Positions 24,828-36,128 of a stretch of 64,000 nt of DNA are shown here, piece by piece. This DNA is from Basidiobolus meristosporus CBS 931.73 (taxonomy: Eukaryota; Fungi; Basidiobolomycota), in assembly GCA_002104905.1 (NCBI GenBank), contig MCFE01000159.1, positions 1 to 64,000 on the forward strand, in the 5' to 3' direction. The notes under the pieces were generated by a model. The model saw only the letters and a program-made list of their open reading frames with translations, was not told the DNA's origin and made no database searches. Position 1 is the stretch's first letter, and each line of letters begins with the position of its first letter. The position numbers and the translations under genes are program-made.

Positions 24828-25539
24828 ATGAACAATGGCATAAAGCCATTGGGTTCCTGCCAAAGTTGTGGAACCAGAGTGTTACAGCAGAAATACTTAT
24901 TGGACTTGTTTCATCATTCCAGCTGATCATAGTGCCCAATAGTGCCATAGCATGCCAGATGGTACCTGATCATGCCACAGAGTGCCAGATAGTGCCATAT
25001 AGTGCCAATTTGGGATCAAAATTGACATGCATATGACCCTAAAATACCAAATTAATAACAAAATATACAGCACTTTCTGGCACTATGATCAATGGCACAA
25101 TGGAACAAGTCTATTGAGTGGTGGATTTTAATGGAGTTACTTGTTGAGTGTGGGGTTGGGCTTAATGTTAGTGTAGGGTATAGAGACTTGTATAGGTCAA
25201 TACAATTGGCAATTGAGGTACAACTTCAATTTGTATGCATGAAAAGTAAGAGAAACAGTTGAGTCAGGAAGTAAGGAGTGTGAAAAAGAGACAATAGCAA
25301 ATCAATTTACACAAACATAGGAGGCAATAGAGTGTCCAGGATCAGAAAGTGAGCAAATTGGCAGGGAAGCAATCAAAAGCCACTTATACATTGTTGTGAT
25401 GAAAAATTTTGACAAGGTTTTTTGTGAAATCTGGGGTGCAATTGTTTTTCAATGGTCTCTGAACGGTGTCCTGACAGGATCAGTATCTCTTAGTCATGGG
25501 ACATTAACTTTGTGATGGCCTTTTGACGGGATCATCTCA

Positions 25540-26960
25540 ATAATTTCTCATAGGGTGTACAATTTGATCATCAGTATAGAGATATTATTGAAAAGCAAAT
25601 GCATTGCTCCCAGTGGAAAGCTTTTGCTCCAACAGATACCCTCTATCTTAAGTTTCTCAGGTTTCCAATTGATTCTATATTTCAGCTAATGGCTTATAAC
25701 TTGCCAACTTTGCTGCAATTGCATGCTTACTTGTATACATTATCTCTGTTGGAAGATAATGTTCATAGTGTTGGTGTTTGGGTAATACTAATATATGTGA
25801 GTTAAGGTGCAAATCATCTGGATCTCACAAATTTAACAGCAATACAATCCATTGTGCCCAGAAAAGCTGGCTATCTTACTGATGGCTGGGGTATCTTAAA
25901 TGCAGGTAATAATATGCACTTTGCTCAAAAGTCATTAACTGTCATCCCACTGGAAAGCATATAAAATTCATCCAGAAATGGATATAGGTAGCTATCCAGA
26001 TTGGATGGTGATTTAGTCCCAGATACCAGTGGGACTTCAATTGGATTTTTGCCCTGATACCATAAGAGAGGTGGCAGATTCAGGTTGACGCAAATCAGTG
26101 GCCAGCAGTATTTGCTGATAGAGTACTTGTTTGATGAGAATCAATCAAGTGCTAAGGCAAAGGCATGATCACACATACCTTCAAGGTAGCCATGGTTTTT
26201 TAGCTGTTTGTGTGTTTGCCATCAAACTGTTGTAAGAGTCTTGGAGATATTGGAAGTGATTGGGAGAACAAGTAGATTATGTGGTTTTCACTTAATGATT
26301 TATTGAATGTAAAAGTAGTATTTATACTTTTACATGGTCTTGGCATTACAAACACGTAGAATAGGTTAAGGAAGGTCCCAAGAACATGTGTGCAAAGTTT
26401 GGGGCTGTTTGGACAACTTTGAGAATTTTCATGTTCTGGGTACCTGGTATTTTGGTGAAAATATTCTAAGTAAATCCCGACAAGGAATTTGGTCAGTATT
26501 CTCTAGGATTTGAAGATGATGATCTAAGTGACTAAGTTAGGTGAATATTTAGGTGGAAAATACGAATTTTTACAACACAAACATATTGGATATGTTGGCA
26601 CTTGATTGATACTGAGTATGATACTATATAGCTCTGCAATATTTGCTAGACTGCATGAGCTTCTTTAGGTGGGGTATTACCAGAATATATCCAGTGTGTG
26701 AACAATGTTTTCCCTCAATGGTGGTGGATTCCTGACAATTTGGACACATTGAATGGTGGCATTTTGAATGCCATGCAACTGTTGACACATGCTGAAGTCA
26801 GGACAGTCTCTGGGTAATATGTTGCCAGCTACATGATGGTTGTCCATTTTTACCATGAACATGGTAAGTTGCATCCTGGAATGATTTTGACAAGAAGTTG
26901 TAATAAATCCTCAAAGCCCCCATTACTGATATTAGTGGAAACATGGCACTTCTCTAGACA
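25540..26960 (-). mobile_element. inverted duplicate of the EnSpm-like transposase segment at about 27425-28500
   Basis: Plus-strand ORF 26833 and minus-strand ORF 27323-27646 share MMVVHFYHEHGKLHPGMILTRS; ORF 25599 (+) matches ORF 28034-28498 (-). Confidence 0.85.
26228..26577 (-). repeat. copia-family solo LTR
   Basis: Reverse complement of the 627-975 LTR; perfect TSD CAAAC (26223-26227, 26578-26582). Confidence 0.96.
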
Positions 26961-26966
26961 TAATAT

Positions 26967-29900
26967 TGTTAGGAAGAGAAAAAGGCTATGTGGCTATTGT
27001 GGCAAGCCTCTCAGCCATGAAGCATGCAGACAGCATAGGAAGCAATACAAGGATCAAGGCCAGTGTTTTGCCACGGAAGTTGTATTGACCATTCATTGGT
27101 CACTATTTTACCAACATTATCTTGCTGGCCAGTTGGTACTTCTATTTTGGCACCTGGCTGTCTTTGTCACCTTGTGCAAACTGAGTCAGGTGAGTTTGTG
27201 ATGCCTTAAGGCTCACCTCAGCCTTCTGAATATGGCATGCAGGGTGCCAGCTCTGACAAAGAAGGCTCACTGATAGATTGTAAGCCTATCTCCCCTAACA
27301 ACAGTACCACACATGAGCCCAGTCAAACCCTAGTATGCAATGAGACAGCACCCATTGAAACAAATGCCAAGGATACTTTGTGGAGCCAAGTGAGCACAGT
27401 GATCCATCTACTGGTTAATGATGTAATGTTGTGGCTAGAGAAGTGGTGCATTTCCACTAATATCAGTAATGGGGGCTTTGAGGATTTATTACCACTTCTT
27501 GTCAAAATCATTCCAGGATGCAACTTACCATGTTCATGGTAAAAATGGACAACCATCATGCAGCTGGCAACATATGAACCAGAGATGGTCCTGACTCCAG
27601 CATGTGTCAACAGGTGCATGGCATTCACATCCAAAAATGCCACCATTGCAATGTGTCCAAATTGTCAGGAATCCACCACCATTGAGGGAAAACATTGTTC
27701 ACACACTGGATATATTCTGGTAATACCCCACCTAAAGAAGCTCATGCAGTCTAGCAAATATTGCAGAGCTATATAGTATCATACTCAGTATCAATCAAGT
27801 GCCAACATATCCAATATGTTTGATGGCAAACACACAAACAGCTAAAAAACCATGGCTACCTTGAAGGTATGTATGACCATGCCTTTGCTTTAGCACTTGA
27901 TGGATTCTCATTAAACAAGTACTGTACCAGCAAATCCTGCTGGTCACCAATTCTCATCTTCCTCAATCTGCCATCTATCTTACAGTATCAGAGCCAAAAT
28001 CTGATGGTAGTCTTACTGGTATCTGGGCCTAATTTACCATCCAGCCTGGATAACTACCTGTATCAATTGCTGGATGAGTTTTGTATGCTTTCCAGCAGGA
28101 TAACAGTTAATGGCTTTCATGTAAAAGTGCATATTATTATCTGCATTTGAGATACTCCAGCCATTAGCAAGATAGCCAGCATTTCTGGGAAAAATGGATG
28201 GTATTGTTGTCAAATGTGTGAGATCCAGGGAATTTACACCATAACACACACACATTATTATTACCCAGGCACCAACACTAAGAACATCATCTTGCCACAG
28301 AGAAAACATACAGAAGTCAGCATGCAATTGCAGCAAAGTTTGCAAGTTATGAGCCATTGGCTGCAATGTGGAGTCAATTAGAAGCCAGATATACTTTAGA
28401 TAGAAGGTATCCATTGGAGCAAAAGCTTTCCACTGGGAGCAATGTATGTGCTTTTCCACAATATCCCTATACTGATGACCAAGTTGTACATAGGGCATTT
28501 CAAACTAAATGAGCCCTTTGAGATACTGGAGAAATTTGTAAGAATTGGCGAGATATTACAGAGTATCCACTATTCCAAGTACTTCTCACAGGCTCCAATA
28601 AATATTCTTATGCATATGCAACAATACAAATGCAAAGATTGGATGAACTGTATATGTACTTATTCAAGTGGCAATCTGAAGCTGTTCCTATGAACAGTAC
28701 ATTGGAAGCATTGGGAGTCATATGTGGACATTGTAGGAATATTGATTCAGAAGCAGATCACCAATACCAACTTGACACATCTACAGCTGTTGTGTGAGGA
28801 GTTTATGATGGGATTTGAGCAGCTATACTACAAATATAAAGCTGAACACATCATCTCTGCTTCTATTGTATCCATTCTCTACTCCATCTTGCTTGGTGTG
28901 TGGAGAATATTGGGCTTGCTTCACCTTTTGGGAGCTTCCTATGGAGCAGATGTGTGGGTAGATAGGTAGACAAGTCAAGTTGCATGTACTACCATATCCT
29001 AATCTCATCAAGAATATTACCTTGAAGTCTGTGATGGGTATGATGAGTTGATATATGGCGGACAGCTAGTAAGAGTTGGTAAACACTGAGGACAGATGTG
29101 CACATGGAGACACCTATGCCTATGGAATTAAGAAGCTAAGCAGCCCCAATGTGTGGGTAATCAGTTAGGTAATGCAAAGTTGGGTTGGATGAAACAAGCA
29201 ACCAATTTTTGTAAGGAAAGCTCTACCAAACTATGTTGGGTTCCTCATGGTCACAAGCCAACATCTACACCATTCACTATGGAATTCACACAAACAAGAG
29301 CCGGAGCACACCTATAAGGGGGACTAGAATCCAGCAGGGAGAAGGAATATATTGGCTAAATACTGAAAAGTTCTTTGCAGATATTAAGGAGATATTCATG
29401 GCAGAAGTGGTGGCAACATAGCATATGTTAGCAAGATGTGTATGTTACCAGCAGTACAAGGTATATGGCAATTTTGCAAGTAACACATTAAAGGCTGTAA
29501 AGTTGAGGTAATAGTGTTGTAAGAGTCTTGGAGATATTGGAAGTGATTGGGAGAACAAGTAGATTATGTGGTTTTCACTTGATGATTTATTGAATGTAAA
29601 AGTAGTATTTAGACTTTTACATGGTCTTGGCATTACAAACATGTAGAATAGGTTAAGGAAGGTCCCAAGAACATGTGTGCAAAGTTTGGGGCTGTTTGGA
29701 CAACTTTGAGAATTTTCATGTTCTGGGTACCTGGTTTTTTGGTGAAAATATTCTCAGTAAATCCCAACAAGGAATTTGGTCAGTATTCTCTAGGATTTAA
29801 GAGTAATGATCTAAGCGACTAAGTTAGGTGAATATTTAGGTGGAATTACAAACTTTTACAACAAATAGTTGTATGTCATTTGCAGCAGGTGAGTGCATTT

Positions 29901-30540
29901 GTAGAGGTTAGTAGGCAGGAGGCCATAGTATTTGTTGGTTGAAACTACATGTGGAATACCCAAGGTAGTAGTGGGTAAGCAAATAAAGAGGGGTAATTCT
30001 TCAGTGGAATATATGAATTACTTAAGGGGAGGTACAAAAAGGAAATACCATTTGGTAAATTGGTATGGTAGTATTGTACAGAACTAGCTGTAGGTGGCTA
30101 TACTGTTGTGATAATGCCATTGGAGACTTGCAAAAAGGCCATCAAAATGCCATCAAGTTTTTGTCATATAAGGCAATTGGATGTATTGGCTGTTCAGATT
30201 CATTTAAAATAGTTGTAGAGCGTATTAAGACTGCTACAATGCCATGCAATTATTGTCACAGCACTAATCAAACCCCATCAAGTTTTTGAACTTTATTGGG
30301 CGGTAAATTTAGCTAAACACCATTGTGATCTTGTCATAAGATTGTTAAGAGGATCAATAATTCCAAGCTGCTGGTATTATGATGGTCTCCAAATGGGAAC
30401 CTGGCGGCTGATATGGATTGGATCCACCTGTGGGACCAAATTATTTTTCATAGGGAATATGTGTAGAACAATCAATATCCCAGGTAGAGAAAGCAGTATT
30501 GTTGCTGCAAAGAATATTTGTATGACCCTGACAGCTGATC
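26967..30540 (+). mobile_element. EnSpm/CACTA (Transposase_21-like) element relic
   Basis: CGYCGKPLSHEACRQH; ALDGFSLNK...SCWSPILIFLNLP...VSGPNLPSSLDNYL; DTPAISKIASISGKNGWYCCQMCEIQG; FEQLYYKY, HSLLHL, FPMEQMCG. Many stops and frameshifts; ends not found. Confidence 0.8.
29515..29863 (-). repeat. copia-family solo LTR
   Basis: Reverse complement of the copia LTR; perfect TSD AATAG (29510-29514, 29864-29868). Confidence 0.96.
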
Positions 30541-30559
30541 CGGATTGGATCTACCTGCA

Positions 30560-31390
30560 GGACAAGTTTTTCATAGAGTTATATTGTGTGTTACAGCTAA
30601 ATATGGGTTTTTTATTAACCAAATGAGTGTAAAAGCTGCATTTTTGAAAGAGGAACTTGATGAGGACTTATGTATCAACCAGCCAGATGGGTTTGCTGAC
30701 CAAGGTAGCCCCCATTTGTCTTCAAGCTCAAAAGTCCTTATAATGGCTCAAACAATCACCAAGAGCCTGGGATTGCATGATAGAAACATATTTGGAGTCT
30801 CTAAGTTTCTAAGGAAATATTGCTGACTATAAAGCTTTTTATAAGCCACATAGAGTAGGTGCAGCTCTGTTAGCTTTATATATGTATGACTTTACTATAG
30901 CTACCAATAGCCAATATCATTGGAAGTGACTAAATCCAGCATATCAAACATGTTGAAAATGTCCAACCTAGCAGAGCTTAGTGATTACTTAGGAATACAG
31001 TATCCCATAGACAGAAATACCCAGACCATCACCCTAAGCCTGTCCAATTATACTCAGGATATACTCAAGAAGTACCAAATGGAAGAACATAAGTCTGCAG
31101 CTACCCCATTGGAGGAAAACCCTGACTTGATCAAAACTTATCCAAATCCAGATAGCCTAAAGGCAACAAAAGCCCAAACTTCCCTTATAATCTATGGTTG
31201 GTGGCTTGATGTGTTTCATGCTAGGAACATATCCAGATATCCCACATTCAGTGGGAATTGTCAGCTAGCATTAATAGAACTATGGATCTGATCATAGAGC
31301 AGCATTTAAGCAGATTTTTGGATACTTTAAAGTAGCTGTGGATATTGGCTTAAGGTTCACTTGCATGGACTCACAACAGGCTTGTTGTGG
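30560..31390 (+). pseudogene. older, diverged copia RT fragment
   Basis: NQMSVKAAFLKEELDEDLCINQPDGF and LKMSNLAELSDYLGIQYPIDRNTQTITLS parallel the RT at 3680-4350. Confidence 0.85.
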
Positions 31391-31397
31391 AAACTCT

Positions 31398-31746
31398 TGT
31401 TGTGAAAATTTGTAATTCCACCTAAATATTCACCTAACTTAGTCACTTAGATCATTACCTCCAAATCCTAGAGAATACTAACCAAAATCCTTGTTGGGAT
31501 TTACTTGTCTAATTCTCATTTTTGGGGTACCTGATACTTTGGTGAAAATATTCAAAGTTGTTCAAACAGCCCCAAACTTTGCACACATGCTCTTGGGACC
31601 TTCCTAAACCTATTCTACATGCTTGTTATGCCAAGACCATGTAAAAGTCTAAATACTACTTTTACATTCAATAAATCATTAAGTGAAAACCACATAATCT
31701 ACTTGTTCTCCCAATCACTTCCAATATCTCCAAGACTCTTACAACA
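31398..31746 (+). repeat. copia-family LTR with an internal micro-inversion
   Basis: TGTTGTG...TTACAACA; aligns with LTR2 except at about 31506-31553, which is inverted; flanks ACTCT/CAAAC. Confidence 0.9.
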
Positions 31747-32065
31747 CAAACAGCCCCAAACTTTGCGCACATGTTCTTGGGGCCTTCTTCAGTATAATTT
31801 ATGTGCTTGTTTTGCCAAGATCATGTCAAAGTATCAATACTACTTTTACATTAAATAAGTCATAAATGAAAGCCACATATTCTACTTGTTCTCCCAATCT
31901 CTTCCAGTATCTCTGAAACTCTCACAATGTGCATTACCCTATAAAAATAACTTTGTCCTGTGGGTGGAAAATATTCAAAGTAAATCCCTACCAGGAATTT
32001 GGTTGGAATTCTCTAAGATTTGTAGGTAATGACGTAGGTGATCAAGTTAGATGAATATTTAGATG
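31747..32065. repeat. diverged copia LTR fragments (3' half on plus 31747-31930; 5' half on minus about 31965-32065)
   Basis: CAGCCCCAAACTTTGCGCACATGTTCTTGGG... on plus and GAATATTTAGATGTAATTACAAA on minus. Confidence 0.75.
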
Positions 32066-33333
32066 TAATTACAAAATTTACAAGAGGTATACCCTTAAGA
32101 TTGGTCGTCAACTATAAGGGACTCAGGTTATGAAAGTATTCAAGGCATATTTTGATAAGCTCTATGCATTGACCAGTTTTATGAGTGGTTTTGGTCTTGA
32201 CTAAATATTTACATCAATATTGGACCTGGATTTTTGAGCCAGTATCTAGTAGGAGTTGCTTATACATCAACCTGAGTCCAGTACTAGTCATAGCATTTGG
32301 TTGTGTTGCCAATTTCTCATCAGTATGCAAACTGAAGAGTTGTAGAGCACAGTAATTTTTCTCTATATAAATAGTAGCTGTTTTGCACAATCAGAATGCA
32401 TTTTCCTAATCTTGTCATTTTTTTCAACTAATTTTGCACTTGCTAATCCGAAGTTTAGCAGCTATTAGTTAGGTACATCTGTAGCTCACTTGACTGCGAA
32501 CGGCAGGAATTTCAATCCATATTTTCAGATCTCTAACCCTGGCCCTCGGAGTATCCTGTCAAACTTCTATATCTGTAAATCACTGCTGGTATCCCACTAA
32601 AAAAGACTACTTGGCAACGGTTATCACCAAGCCCTTCCGAGCATGAATATTCTACCTTGGCTCACTCCGCAGGCTAAATGTATGACACATTATGACTGGC
32701 TTATCCATCACGTCACTTTGAGGTGTAAATCTACCTAGCACGGTACCAATTGAATGATTCCATCAGGTGGTACAAGCATCTGTAGGCAACATAGGATCAA
32801 TCCAATAATGCCATAACACCAACCGGCCAAATATAACCGCCAGTATCTTGGAAGGTAACTCGTTTAACGGTGAACTTAAGACTGCGTACAACGCCTTCGG
32901 GCCGTCCTTGCGCCGACCTCCGCGGGATAGAATGTCGCTGAGAGGTAAGCCACGGTATCATCGCTATTCAATCTGAATTCCCCAATCTGTACATATTTGT
33001 ATCACATTGACAATACCACTGCGGATTGCTACAATTCAAACCAGCCCACCACGAGGGCCAACGGAGGTCCAGTATTAGAGGGGGTTTACATATTGCTAAT
33101 AGGGAACGAGTGGGCAAAATTCCACCCCAAGTGGTCAATATCATCCCATAACTGTTCCCATACTACAACTATGTATTTACTAGTTCGCCCTAGACGAAGA
33201 AAAGGGTTCGTCCGTTGTGGGACTTCAGGATTTGTCAGTTGAAGTTTGAGGTCTACACACCGCCCCCAGCTATCCTAAACAACCAAATACCCACGGGTCG
33301 TGCGATGGCGGGGTCGGGGGTTCATTTATTCGA

Positions 33334-34596
33334 TTAATTTACATGCTCTCGGCTTTCTTTATCCTCCTTCTTGATCTCGTCATTCAGCTCCTGGAGCTCT
33401 TTAACGTACTGTTTAGTGAACACATCGAAGTAGTAGGTGCTTCCGTTCCACAAACTGATCAACGAGATTCCTAGTAGAAACACCGTATGAAGCCAGAAGT
33501 ACCGGTACAGCAGGACGGTTGGTAACATGGTGATGAGTGCATAGATCAGCTGCATCCCCATGAACGTGTAGACCTTGTACTTCTCCCCGAACACCGACGC
33601 CGTCTGGCTGATCTTCGATTTCCTATCCTCGAGCAACCACGTGATCGAGGTTGCCCTCTTCCCTTGGAAGACCTTCTCCTTTCGCCCAACCAATATGAAG
33701 ATATAGTATAGCATCTGCCATATGATATAGATCAGTAACGAGAATAGCATGGCGTCAACAAATCCAACCGGGTCTTCGATGCCATGGTTTCTCTGTTGAT
33801 TCGCGTAGGAGCCGTAGCGTTCCATCCGTTGCGCCGAGAGGGGTATTAGCCAGCGGATGGTGTAAAGGGTGAACGGAGGCGCGATGTGAATAAAGGTGGA
33901 GGTGGCTTTGTCCAGGGAGTGGAACACCAGGGAGTTCCTCCATGCCACTACAGCCCACAATATTGGCCCGTGAGACAGGCAAAAGGCCGCACTAAAGAAG
34001 TAGGCATTCTTTGGGAACACCCACAAATAAAGGATCACCAAGACATTCACAAAGTAGCACAGATCGAACACGAAGTAATGCCATGCTTTTGACTTGTAGA
34101 TCATAAACCGAACAAACACCAGGCCAACCGCCCAAAAGGTGTACCATTCCGGCAGCCAGGCAGGTATCCTTCCGACCAGATAGGCCACGGAGAAGATGTT
34201 GCTGACACCCAGGACAAAGGAGATCTTGTCCCGCAACCTGACCACGTTTTTCTCCTGCCATTTACGGGCCATCTTTTCCCGCTGCTCCACCAGCTTGATC
34301 TTTTTCTGGAGGCGCTCGCGGGATTCCTTGTCTAGCTTGGCCTTCTTCAGGAGGTTGTTGTAGGTAACGTCGAGTTTTTTACTCCAGTCATTCCGCTTTG
34401 CCTGCATGACCTGTTTCGTGTGAAGCGGGATCTGGTTTACCAAGGCCAGAAGGAAATTGTCGAATAAAGAGAACTGCTCATCATCACACCAAATATCCTC
34501 CAGGTCCGCGTCTGATATGGAACTGATCGTTGGTGAGGGAGGGAACTGGCGGAGTTCCGTAACAGGCTTGTCTGGAAGGGGAGCTTTGTTTGGCAT
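33334..34596 (-). CDS. GPC1: glycerophosphocholine acyltransferase (DUF2838 family), multi-pass membrane protein, 420 aa
   Basis: Uninterrupted ORF with DLCYFVN, WRNSLVFHSLDK, FIHIAPP and WNGSTYYFDVF motifs and several TM segments. Confidence 0.88.
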   Translation of the reverse strand: MPNKAPLPDKPVTELRQFPPSPTISSISDADLEDIWCDDEQFSLFDNFLLALVNQIPLHTKQVMQAKRNDWSKKLDVTYNNLLKKAKLDKESRERLQKKIKLVEQREKMARKWQEKNVVRLRDKISFVLGVSNIFSVAYLVGRIPAWLPEWYTFWAVGLVFVRFMIYKSKAWHYFVFDLCYFVNVLVILYLWVFPKNAYFFSAAFCLSHGPILWAVVAWRNSLVFHSLDKATSTFIHIAPPFTLYTIRWLIPLSAQRMERYGSYANQQRNHGIEDPVGFVDAMLFSLLIYIIWQMLYYIFILVGRKEKVFQGKRATSITWLLEDRKSKISQTASVFGEKYKVYTFMGMQLIYALITMLPTVLLYRYFWLHTVFLLGISLISLWNGSTYYFDVFTKQYVKELQELNDEIKKEDKESREHVN

Positions 34597-34871
34597 TGTG
34601 TGATGGCAGCCTGTTGGTAAGCCATGGTGCCAAATGTAACGATCCCAGCCTCATGCAACCCCCTCCTTTAGAATCGGCCAATTAGCTTCCATGAGCCCAG
34701 AATCCATCTGAATTACGTGTTACCATGTGTAGCACTCACCATGGTAACTGGATTAGGATATCGGGCAATCTCGGCTAGGCAGTAGAGGGATGTTCGGTCA
34801 AAAGCGATAACCTCGAAATTATAAAAACAAGCATCGCCGCTCTCGAAATACAACATCCGATTCCCTGCAGC

Positions 34872-35585
34872 ATGTTCCGTAGAAAACTGTTTACCATCCC
34901 GCTTTATGCCGCCTCGGCGGTAGGCGTCGGTGCCGTATCTGCCGGCGTATATTATCACCAGAGTGCCCTTAAGAAAGTCGAGGAATTCCCGGGGGTGCCA
35001 TCCTGGAGTTCACTGCGCTCCCTGAAAGGCCCACTGAATAGCAAGACGGCTGAAGAGCAAATCTATCTCGATTCATTCAGTATCCAGGTCCCCCAATCGC
35101 AGCTATCCATCCCTCGTTCAGCCGCCGATAGAGACGCATTGCTGAACAGCTATGCTCGCGCATTTTACACGTCCCCAGTGTTCAAATTGGAAAGGCTTCT
35201 TCTTGGTTGGTTCAAATCCTCCACCCAGACCCCGCCAGAGACGGACAAAGATATCCTCGCCAAGAAATTCCAGGTTGGCGATGTCGTTGCGGTGGAGACC
35301 TACACGGTTGTCAAGCGTGATTCCAACCAGGTGGAGTTCAAGTTTAGCTTACAGAAAGACGTGATTGACGGGACCAGTTGGTTAGCTGTCCAGGAGCCGG
35401 AGACAGAAGACGGGGCCTACACCTTTTGGTTCGGCACGGCCATCTATCCGGCGGCCGAGGAGCTGGCAGAATTCGAAAGTCGATTCAAATCGGATAATTT
35501 CGAAGCCCGTTTCCACAAATTGTACTCCCGTGTATTGATCGATATGGCAGTCAAAAAGCTTGCCTCCATGTATCCATCCGCCTAA
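34872..35585 (+). CDS. hypothetical protein, 237 aa, N-terminal basic presequence plus TM segment (mitochondrial-type)
   Basis: Clean ORF with gene-like composition, AATAAA just after the stop, divergent from GPC1 across 275 bp. Confidence 0.75.
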   Translation: MFRRKLFTIPLYAASAVGVGAVSAGVYYHQSALKKVEEFPGVPSWSSLRSLKGPLNSKTAEEQIYLDSFSIQVPQSQLSIPRSAADRDALLNSYARAFYTSPVFKLERLLLGWFKSSTQTPPETDKDILAKKFQVGDVVAVETYTVVKRDSNQVEFKFSLQKDVIDGTSWLAVQEPETEDGAYTFWFGTAIYPAAEELAEFESRFKSDNFEARFHKLYSRVLIDMAVKKLASMYPSA

Positions 35586-36128
35586 TGCTCAATAAAATCC
35601 ATTCGGCTCGCACCCACATCATAGTTGCTCCTCTCGTGTTTCCCCACCAGTACCATGGGAATATGATGGCAGCGATACATGTGGCCGACCAGATTCAAAG
35701 ATGTGTATATAGGTACATATAGTTAGTAGTGATGTGATATTCCCACCCGAGATACATGAGGCAAGAGTCGGGATCAGTTCGGAGATGATCAACGCCTGAG
35801 AATAAGGATAGTGCCCAGTGCGAATAGATCATGCTTATGGGTTATCCACGCATGCTGTGTTAGTATGAATGTTTATCTGGAATGCACCACACCGCACTAC
35901 ACCAAGCCACCTATCCGCATACTTTGACTAGTGTCTATGGGTTTGTTTGCTCAGGCTGATCATGATGTCAATGGGTGCGTAGCAATCGGATTTTTCCCGC
36001 AACAATATGCATACTGGGGGACCATCTGCATGCAAAGCTCGCATGGAGAGTTGGTTAACAATGCCAAAGAGTGTCTATAAATTAGAGTGTCTCTGGTGCT
36101 ATCCGGCATCCATCCATAACACAACCAA

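Larger units (their letters stand above)
14722..25112 (+). mobile_element. PIF/Harbinger-superfamily DNA transposon relic (about 5.4 kb after removing gypsy G2)
   Basis: Perfect 16-bp TIR AGACTTGTTCCATTGT (14722-14737 and 25097-25112), flanked by AAT and ATT. GTGCCA subterminal repeats at about 24930-25100. DDE_Tnp_4-type transposase motifs inside. Confidence 0.72.
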
